Below are positions 1 through 5,829 of a DNA stretch of 8,791 bases, in pieces (the first letter of the stretch is position 1; every line of letters starts with the position of its first letter). Where the stretch lies: the IMG/VR virus record IMGVR_UViG_2740892488_000005, positions 1-8,791 of that record. One strand, given 5' to 3'. The notes under the pieces were generated by a model. It saw only the letters and a list, made by a program, of their open reading frames with translations, did not search any database and had not been told where the DNA came from. A program made the position numbers and the translations under genes. This DNA comes from a virus. Taxonomy: Duplodnaviria > Heunggongvirae > Uroviricota > Caudoviricetes.

Positions 1-46
1 ACTTGTGATAAATCCGAATGGTTTGGTCGCCGTTCGGGGTAACTGG

Positions 47-68
47 CCCGCCTTGTGCGGGTCTTTTT
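47..68 (+). terminator. Putative rho-independent terminator ending an upstream off-window transcript
   Basis: Hairpin CCCGC (47-51) / loop CTTGT / GCGGG (57-61) followed directly by TCTTTTT (62-68). A TAA at 40-42 could be the stop of a gene entering from the left. Confidence 0.45.
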
Positions 69-127
69 GCTATCTAAAGGGTGCCGGTTACGTTTCCGGC
101 GTCGTTATGTTTCCATTACGACCGTAC

Positions 128-200
128 AGGGCTGGTCAGGCCCGGGCTGGTCTTTCCTGTTTTGAGCTGGTCAGGCTCATGGTCAACGCTGGTCAGGCGT
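128..200 (-). repeat. Tandem array of three stem-loops with conserved 7-nt loop (TGGTCAG on plus, CUGACCA if transcribed leftward) and covarying 4-5 bp stems
   Basis: Loops at 133-139, 168-174 and 190-196. Stems GGGC/GCCC (129-132/140-143), TGAGC/GCTCA (163-167/175-179), ACGC/GCGT (186-189/197-200). Same element occurs inverted at 2191-2205 and 4615-4631. Confidence 0.6.
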
Positions 201-291
201 GGTACTTCCTCCGGTCTTTCCCTGGTGTCACGCTGCGGGTTTGGCCTCTCCTGTTGGGGACTCAGGCACAGCGATAAAACCTGGCTGTGTG

Positions 292-319
292 AAAAAATGG
301 CCCATCGTGCGGACTGGGC
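292..319 (-). terminator. Possible intrinsic terminator on the minus strand
   Basis: On the minus strand GCCCA / 10-nt loop / TGGGC (plus 300-304 pairs with 315-319), then C and a T6 run (plus A-run 292-297). Stem is short, so tentative. Confidence 0.3.
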
Positions 320-764
320 AAAGACTAAACACAGCAAATTGATGATGGGCGCCGGAATCGAACCGGGTAACGGGCAGGGAGTTCCCGTTAAACACCTGTT
401 CACCACAACCGGGAGCGCACTCCGCCATTTCAAAATTTAACGACAAAGCTCAAAGTTGAGTCGATGAAGTGCGCTCTCGTGTTGTAGCCAGGACTCTTCC
501 CTGGTGGTCACACCGTATCGCCTTGATGGTGAATCAATCGCTCATACCTGGCTGTGGCTTGCACATTCCGGCTACCTGCTATGGAGACAACGCGTTAAGG
601 CTCCGCTTCCATCCAGACCGCTTCGACACATGTGCCATATGCCGGTGAAGTCTTTCCCTCTGTCACCGTGTTGGCGCCGACGCGCAAAATTTGGTGCCGT
701 CTTTCCGGCTGTCAGAACGTGTTTCTGAACAACTGCCGCTGGGTAAGCGTTGTTGATGAAAGTG

Positions 765-820
765 ACTTTACAATTTGTATTTGTAATGGTCAATGTGTTT
801 TTAAAAAATAATTTGTAGTG
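765..820. promoter_or_regulatory. OL-like operator cluster downstream of the repressor gene
   Basis: AT-rich block with TTTGTA at 774-779, 780-785 and 812-817; palindrome TACAA-T-TTGTA at 769-779; 9-mer ATTTGTAAT (779-787) also present at 1372-1380 in the repressor/cro intergenic region. Confidence 0.4.
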
Positions 821-911
821 AGGGGCAAAAAAATATTCACTGTGTAAAGGTGTTTTTGTGTTAGGGGAAAGTTGCATGCCAGCAGCGGCTGGCCTGGAAA
901 TTTGAACTGAA

Positions 912-1304
912 CTATTTTGTCTGGTTTTTGGCTTCAAGTAGTTCTTTTAGCAGTAGATCGAAGTGCTCTCTTTTTTCTTTTAGCTCATTGATTAATTTAT
1001 TTTTTTCGCTCTCAGGCAGTCCTCTGAATAGTTGCAGTAGAGCCTGTTCTTGCGGGGTTAGTTCTTGATTGTAATTACCCGGGTGTAGTGTGGATTCATC
1101 CAAATATTCCCCTTCATTCATGAAGAAAAAATGAACAGGGTATCCGGTCACTTTTGCTAGCTTGTCTAATTTATCTTTTCTTGGAGTTACCCCATTACAC
1201 CATGCCTGAACTGATTGAGCCGTAACCCCAATATGGCGAGCTAACTCAGATTGAGACCAGCCTAAGTCTTTTAGAATCCGTTGTAGTCGGCTAGCAAAAG
1301 CCAT
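912..1304 (-). CDS. Prophage CI-like repressor, XRE-family HTH, 130 aa, with no LexA-like S24 peptidase domain
   Basis: ORF 912..1304 (-). N-terminal HTH signature (LGWSQSELARHIGVTAQSVQAW) and helical C-terminus; divergent from a cro-like gene across an operator-rich intergenic region. No Shine-Dalgarno within about 15 nt upstream of the ATG, so possibly a short-leader or leaderless mRNA. Confidence 0.8.
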   Translation of the reverse strand: MAFASRLQRILKDLGWSQSELARHIGVTAQSVQAWCNGVTPRKDKLDKLAKVTGYPVHFFFMNEGEYLDESTLHPGNYNQELTPQEQALLQLFRGLPESEKNKLINELKEKREHFDLLLKELLEAKNQTK

Positions 1305-1424
1305 GTTTTTCGTTTTTTGTGTTCATACCGTAAGGATACAAGGTTTAATTGTAGGGAGCATTGCAAATATAATTTGTAATTACAGTTATTGTTTGTAATG
1401 ATGACGCGGACACAAGGAGTCCAT
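1305..1424. promoter_or_regulatory. Divergent promoter/operator region between repressor and cro-like gene (OR-like)
   Basis: AT-rich 120 bp intergenic region with perfect 10-bp palindrome TGTAATTACA (1375-1384), further TTTGTA copies at 1373-1378 and 1392-1397, a TTGCAA -35-like hexamer at 1361-1366, and AAGGAG SD at 1414-1419. Confidence 0.55.
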
Positions 1425-1655
1425 ATGGATAAACAACTGCAAGACAAAATTCTTTCCGTAATGAGTCAATCCGAGTTAGGGCGGCGATTAGGGAAAAAAC
1501 CACAAACGGTAAGCCTCTGGTTCAAAGGACGGGTTCCCGGTGAAGAGGTTTTGCGCACATCTGAAGCTCTTGAATGGCGCGTGACCCCTCATGATCTTAG
1601 ACCGGATCTTTACCCAAACCCAGATGACAGCTTGCCTAAAACGGAAGCAGCTTAA
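1425..1655 (+). CDS. Cro/YdaS-like HTH regulator, 76 aa
   Basis: ATG at 1425 preceded by AAGGAG (1414-1419). The track ORF starts at 1389 but that ATG lies inside the operator repeats with no SD. HTH (SQSELGRRLGKKPQTVSLWF) and the C-terminal HDLRPDLY motif typical of Cro/YdaS-type prophage proteins. Confidence 0.75.
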   Translation: MDKQLQDKILSVMSQSELGRRLGKKPQTVSLWFKGRVPGEEVLRTSEALEWRVTPHDLRPDLYPNPDDSLPKTEAA

Positions 1656-1713
1656 CTGTTGGTGAGCCCCAAATCTGATTAAGCGTAATCAATTTTTAGC
1701 GACAGGAGACGCT

Positions 1714-2190
1714 ATGGAAAACCAAGAGGAATTACAAAAAGAGATTTTGACCTGGGCGGCAAGGGCAGGGCAGGAACTCGTCACGATTGAAATCTGCCGG
1801 GCCTGGTTCAGTCAGGGACGCAATGATGAGTTGAGACTACATGAATTTGAGGACGCGGACGGCAACGTGGACTGGAGAGCCATCAACAACAATCGGCAGA
1901 AAATCTTTCGCTGGTTACGTGGCGAGACAACGGCGGCGCGCCGAAAAACTCAGGTGCTGGCCAGTGTGATGAAAGCCGTGCTACCCGCAGAACGGCGGGC
2001 ACGTCTGGAGTCGCCGGGCGATCCCGTTTTGCTGGCAACGCTGGCGGCAAAAGAAGGGGTGGAAGCGATTAACGCTGTACATCTCCACTTCGCGCCAGAG
2101 TTAACTATTCAGGAAATTGACGAAGCAATAGCGGCGCTGGTAGCGACGCGAGGAGCAGTGATACGCACTGCGCAAGACCACCATGCATGA
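1714..2190 (+). CDS. YdaT-like (CII-analog) prophage regulator, 158 aa
   Basis: ORF 1714..2190 with AGGAG at 1703-1707. Contains the motif NNRQKIFRWLRGETTAARRK, which I recognise from Rac-prophage YdaT-family proteins; sits immediately after the Cro/YdaS-like gene as in Rac-type immunity regions. Confidence 0.65.
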   Translation: MENQEELQKEILTWAARAGQELVTIEICRAWFSQGRNDELRLHEFEDADGNVDWRAINNNRQKIFRWLRGETTAARRKTQVLASVMKAVLPAERRARLESPGDPVLLATLAAKEGVEAINAVHLHFAPELTIQEIDEAIAALVATRGAVIRTAQDHHA

Positions 2191-2229
2191 GCGCCTGACC
2201 AGCGTTTAACTTATACCGAGGAAAGACCG
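2190..2229 (+). promoter_or_regulatory. Stem-loop plus conserved SD leader cassette (copy A)
   Basis: Directly after the TGA at 2188-2190: stem GCGC/GCGT (2191-2194/2202-2205) with loop CTGACCA (2195-2201), 9-nt spacer, then ACCGAGGAAAGACC (2215-2228) and ATG at 2230. Same architecture at 4615-4651. Confidence 0.55.
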
Positions 2230-2388
2230 ATGTTAAGACATATTGACCGCATTACCTGGCGTAACGGCTGGCACCTGAATGGACGCCCGGCACATGTTGC
2301 AGAGATCCGCCCCATATTCGATGGCCGCGTCGCAGCTGCACGTTCTGTATGGGAAAAGTACGAAGAAGAAAAAAGCGAAACTGCGTGA
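2230..2388 (+). CDS. Hypothetical small protein, 52 aa (below the ORF-track size cutoff)
   Basis: ATG 2230 to TGA 2386-2388, translating MLRHIDRITWRNGWHLNGRPAHVAEIRPIFDGRVAARSVWEKYEEEKSETA. Supported by the strong SD (GAGGA) and by the identical 14-nt leader that precedes the 136-aa gene at 4652. Confidence 0.45.
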   Translation: MLRHIDRITWRNGWHLNGRPAHVAEIRPIFDGRVAAARSVWEKYEEEKSETA

Positions 2389-2451
2389 GCAAAATCTCTC
2401 TGGCGCTGCCTATGAGGCTGGCTGTCGCGTTCTCTCAGAGGCTTTGGGCAT

Positions 2452-3042
2452 ATGAACATCCTCCCGTTACTTGATAGACCCATAGCCTTCCAGAGAAGTT
2501 TTATCCGTCTTGAAATGGGCGTGACTGCCGCATTGTTTCTGTCGCAGTTGACGTACTGGACAAACAGAACAACTGACGACGGCTGGGTATATAAAACCCA
2601 GGATGAGTGGGAAGAGGAAACAGGGCTTTCACGATACGAGCAGGAGGGCGCGCGCAAAAAACTACGTGGTCTCGGCGTCTTGCTGGAACGTAAACAGGGC
2701 TTGCCTGCCAGGCTGTACTACAAAATCGATAATGATGTGTTGTGCCAGCTACTTACGTCCGCATACAAGGATGCGGAAAAACCACATACAGGTGAGGGGA
2801 AAACCACCAGGCCTGTACGTGGAAAACCAACAAACATTCTTACAGAGAATACTACAGAGATTATTACTGATGGTGAATCGGCTGACGCCGACACCCAACA
2901 ACCTGCCGACCAGAGAATAAATTATCAGGTGATACTCGATACCTATCACGAGATTTTGCCAGAGATGCCACCAGTGAAAATCCTCACTGACGGCAGAAAA
3001 AAAACACCTTCGCACTTTCTGGAAAAAATTCAATTTCAATGA
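2452..3042 (+). CDS. Phage replication initiation protein (replisome-organiser type, winged-helix N-terminal domain); reading frame probably disrupted near its 3' end
   Basis: ORF 2452..3042 (196 aa); N-terminal region resembles phage O-like/DnaD-like initiator winged-helix domains and lies directly upstream of a DnaB-family helicase. An adjacent frame stays open from 2978 to 3208 and ends overlapping the helicase start, suggesting a +1 frame change at A8 (2997-3004) or A6 (3023-3028). Confidence 0.6.
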   Translation: MNILPLLDRPIAFQRSFIRLEMGVTAALFLSQLTYWTNRTTDDGWVYKTQDEWEEETGLSRYEQEGARKKLRGLGVLLERKQGLPARLYYKIDNDVLCQLLTSAYKDAEKPHTGEGKTTRPVRGKPTNILTENTTEIITDGESADADTQQPADQRINYQVILDTYHEILPEMPPVKILTDGRKKTPSHFLEKIQFQ

Positions 3043-3197
3043 GTCCCGTTGGCGGGCCTATCTGGAATTTATCGGTGGCAATTGTCGCTGGATGCTGGAG
3101 GACAGGCCAAATGGCAGGGGAGGATTCTGGCGGCGTAAAAATCTTGATTATCTGATTACCGAACGCTGCTATGTTTCGGTCAAGGAAGAACGCGCAA

Positions 3198-4613
3198 ATG
3201 ATAAATAACGCGATTGCACTGTACAGCGTTGACGCAGAACAGGCTGTTCTGGGCTGTCTGATGCTGAATACCGACCACGACAGAACCAATGCGGTATTTG
3301 CGTTACTGAAACCGGAAACGTTTTATATCAATGCGCATCAGGTTATCTACCGGGAGATCAAAGGATTATTTCAAGCTGATAAACCAACTGACCTGATAAC
3401 ACTGACCGAACTGATGGAATCGAAGGGGCTGTATGAGCGCGTGGGGGGATTCGCATACCTGGCTGAAATGAGTAAGGCGGCGATTCCGGCCTCAATGGTC
3501 AACTACGCGAAAATTGTACGTGAAAAAGCCATTCTTCGTTATGCCGTGGAAAAGTTGAATTCTTGTCTGGAGATTATGATCCAGCCTGCAGATATGACTG
3601 CTACTGACAGGATCACCGCCGTTCAGCAAGTGATTGGGCAGGTGGCCGAACATTCCCGTACCGGGCATAAGGGCGGTTTGCGTCCGGCAAGTGAAGTCGT
3701 CGATGACTGGATAGATGACCTTGAGCGCCGTTTCAATGATCCAGCACATGCAGCCGGACTAACGCTCGGAATCGAAAGCCTTGATCGCTTAATGGCACCA
3801 AAGCAGGCGTTAAGAGGTTCATTGGTCGTTATTGGTGCCCGGCCAAAAATGGGCAAGACAGCCGCGTTTAATAAAATTGCGGTGCATTTTGCTCTGAATC
3901 ATCGTTTGCCGACGCTGGTATTTAGCCTGGAAATGACTGACAGAAGTCTCATTGAACGCATGGTTGCGCAGGAAGCAAAGGTCAATTCGGAGATTTTTTA
4001 TCTTGGCCCTAACGATGAATCTGAATTGAGTCTCGCAATAGCAAAGGCGGGGGAGATTGCCGAATCCAACATGATGATTGACAGCACGGCAGGTGTAACC
4101 CTTGCGCATATTGTCGCTGAATGTCGAAAAGTTAAACGGATGCGTGGCTCGGTTGGCCTGGTGGCAATTGACTATTTGACGCTGATGAAGACCGAATCGG
4201 CAGAGCGTAGGGATATTGCGTATGGCGATATCACAACCGGTTTGAAGAACCTGGCAAAAGAGCTGGATTGTGTTGTGGTCCTGCTGACGCAACTCAACCG
4301 AAAGCTTGAAGAACGTGCCGATAAGCGGCCTAACCCGAGCGACAGTAAAGATACCGGGCAGATCGAACAAGATTGCGATGTCTGGATTGGCCTCTATCGT
4401 GATGCTGTTTATAACGAAAATGCCGACCCAAATCTCATGGAAATGTTGCTACGTCTGAACCGCGAAGGACCATCGGGAACAGCCTATGCCCTGATGAAAA
4501 ATGGCTCAGTTATTGATATCAGCGATGAGGAGGTTTATCGCCTTACCAACGACCGCTCAGAAAAAAATAAACGTTATTCCCGTAGCGATAATTCTCGCAC
4601 AAATGAATTTTAA
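3198..4613 (+). CDS. DnaB-family replicative DNA helicase (phage-encoded, P22 gp12-like)
   Basis: Track ORF 3171..4613; preferred start is ATG 3198 with AAGGAAG SD at 3183-3189. DnaB N-terminal motif (SVDAEQAVLGCLML), Walker A (GARPKMGKTA), SLEM motif, and LTQLNRKLEERADKRPNPSDSKDTGQIEQDCDVWIGLYRD matching the DnaB H3/H4 region. Confidence 0.9.
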   Translation: MINNAIALYSVDAEQAVLGCLMLNTDHDRTNAVFALLKPETFYINAHQVIYREIKGLFQADKPTDLITLTELMESKGLYERVGGFAYLAEMSKAAIPASMVNYAKIVREKAILRYAVEKLNSCLEIMIQPADMTATDRITAVQQVIGQVAEHSRTGHKGGLRPASEVVDDWIDDLERRFNDPAHAAGLTLGIESLDRLMAPKQALRGSLVVIGARPKMGKTAAFNKIAVHFALNHRLPTLVFSLEMTDRSLIERMVAQEAKVNSEIFYLGPNDESELSLAIAKAGEIAESNMMIDSTAGVTLAHIVAECRKVKRMRGSVGLVAIDYLTLMKTESAERRDIAYGDITTGLKNLAKELDCVVVLLTQLNRKLEERADKRPNPSDSKDTGQIEQDCDVWIGLYRDAVYNENADPNLMEMLLRLNREGPSGTAYALMKNGSVIDISDEEVYRLTNDRSEKNKRYSRSDNSRTNEF

Positions 4614-4614
4614 C

Positions 4615-4651
4615 CACGCCTGACCAGCGTGAAATAACCGAGGAAAGACCA
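4615..4651 (+). promoter_or_regulatory. Stem-loop plus conserved SD leader cassette (copy B)
   Basis: Directly after the helicase TAA (4611-4613): stem CACGC/GCGTG (4615-4619/4627-4631) with loop CTGACCA (4620-4626), 5-nt spacer, then ACCGAGGAAAGACC (4637-4650) and ATG at 4652. Confidence 0.55.
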
Positions 4652-5062
4652 ATGACCACCACTCCAGGCAAATTAGAGTACCCGTCGGACAAAGGACACA
4701 TAGACGACGGTAAAAACTATCTCGACGTCATTTTGTGGAATATGAACGTCGGGCCACGTGCGCGCACTCGCGCGGTTTTTGTGCCAAGACCTAAAGCAGG
4801 CAATTTTTCAACCCCTGCTAAGCCTGCCCGTCAGGCATCCGTAGCCGCAGCGCCAGCAGTGAAACGTAAGGGCAAAACGCACACCGGGATCGCGATTCGC
4901 AGAAATGGTGAGCGGCAAGTGAAACTCCACGAAACAGCGACAACCTGGTGTGCCTCACCGCATGAAACTTACGACAAGATAACCGGGCAGCGCATTGGCG
5001 CGCCTGGTCGCTGCCGCCTGCTGCTGAGTTCCATCACTCCGATAGCAAAGAAAGGGGCGTGA
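4652..5062 (+). CDS. Hypothetical protein, 136 aa
   Basis: ORF 4652..5062 with the conserved SD leader; enterobacterial-style codon usage (CTG, GCG, CCG rich); no competing ORF on either strand. No family recognised. Confidence 0.6.
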   Translation: MTTTPGKLEYPSDKGHIDDGKNYLDVILWNMNVGPRARTRAVFVPRPKAGNFSTPAKPARQASVAAAPAVKRKGKTHTGIAIRRNGERQVKLHETATTWCASPHETYDKITGQRIGAPGRCRLLLSSITPIAKKGA

Positions 5063-5063
5063 T

Positions 5064-5300
5064 ATGGCCGGGCAATCAGATTACCTGCCGCCCGGCTTAC
5101 CACACAACCGCGCCAAATGGCCCCAGGAATACCAGCTTAAAGAGCACTACGACATGCGAGCGGCGGCGCTGATCCGCCAACTCTTTGAGAAACGTATTCC
5201 GAGGGGAAGCGTGATTGAGCAAATCGGAATGACGCCAGATACGTACCGGGAATTTTTCAGAGAGCGTCTGAACTACTGGAGAGGGGTGATGGAACAATGA
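5064..5300 (+). CDS. Hypothetical protein, 78 aa
   Basis: ORF 5064..5300, starting 1 nt after the previous stop; purine-rich AAAGGGG upstream. Its stop overlaps the next start in an ATGA arrangement. Confidence 0.55.
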   Translation: MAGQSDYLPPGLPHNRAKWPQEYQLKEHYDMRAAALIRQLFEKRIPRGSVIEQIGMTPDTYREFFRERLNYWRGVMEQ

Positions 5301-5608
5301 AATACAAACGGTGGGTGCGTGCGGAAGTCGTAATCATCAAACAATGTGCGGGCAGCATGACAGTTGAACGTATAGGGCAGCTTATTGGCAGAACCGGTGC
5401 AGCGGTACGCACAAAAGCGCGCGAGCTGAAAATCTGTATGTATCTGCGGGGTAATTATCACCAGTCAGTGAAATACCTCCAGGAAGATATCGAGCTGGCA
5501 AGGGAATTACATCAGTCGGGTATTAATCGCCAGGATATCGCAGAAAAACTCGAAATGCCGATCGGAGCGGTGAATCAGTTTGTTTATTTTGAGCGGAGAA
5601 TTTCATGA
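5297..5608 (+). CDS. Hypothetical DNA-binding protein with two HTH-like segments, 103 aa
   Basis: ORF 5297..5608; ATGA overlap with the upstream gene. Two helix-turn-helix-like stretches (MTVERIGQLIGRTGAAVRTKAREL and INRQDIAEKLEMPIGAVNQFV); the HTH assignment is inferred from sequence pattern only. Confidence 0.5.
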   Translation: MKYKRWVRAEVVIIKQCAGSMTVERIGQLIGRTGAAVRTKARELKICMYLRGNYHQSVKYLQEDIELARELHQSGINRQDIAEKLEMPIGAVNQFVYFERRIS

Positions 5609-5829
5609 AAGAACTTTTTCTTGCATTTGTGCCCCGGTTTATTAATGACCAGATCGCACTGACTGATAATGGTGAACAATATGAAATTGCCTGCAGCATG
5701 GTGGATGTGAATCCTGGCGAACGGTATGACGCGATGTGTGACCTGAAAATATTTACCTGGCTGGGTTGGGCTATTCCGTGTGGAGAACCAACCAATATTC
5801 GTCCGTTTGAGAGCAGGGAGGCTGTATGA
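5605..5829 (+). CDS. Hypothetical protein, 74 aa
   Basis: ORF 5605..5829; ATGA overlap with the upstream stop, part of the coupled small-gene chain. Confidence 0.5.
   Translation: MKELFLAFVPRFINDQIALTDNGEQYEIACSMVDVNPGERYDAMCDLKIFTWLGWAIPCGEPTNIRPFESREAV

Noticed and set aside
340-430. Complete tRNA gene on the minus strand
   Set aside because: Only a T-arm-like motif (GGTTCGATTCC) is present; no complementary 5' acceptor strand, no D-arm and no CCA. Kept only as a possible tRNA fragment or structured-RNA end.
5-937. Six-frame ORFs in the left region (5..277 +, 81..440 +, 116..433 -, 228..446 -, 504..728 +, 572..937 -)
   Set aside because: Mutually overlapping, low-complexity translations that read straight through the repeat and hairpin array and the AT-rich operator block; no SD-start context and no recognisable protein features. 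More likely non-coding.
2880-3040. Origin iterons inside the replication initiator gene
   Set aside because: No convincing array of direct repeats was found here; only A-rich runs. The origin may lie elsewhere or need a computational repeat search.
2211-3289. Antisense or alternative-frame ORFs over the small ORF and replication initiator (2211..2657 -, 2603..2920 +, 2749..3039 -, 2984..3289 -) and the 38-codon frame-3 ORF at 3039-3155
   Set aside because: They overlap better-supported plus-strand genes, lack SD signals, and have odd composition; the frame-2 extension of the initiator explains the open frame near 3000-3208 better.
3492-4370. Minus-strand ORFs inside the helicase gene (3492..3749, 3623..3856, 3819..4370)
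   Set aside because: Entirely antisense to a gene with unmistakable DnaB-family motifs; typical shadow ORFs.
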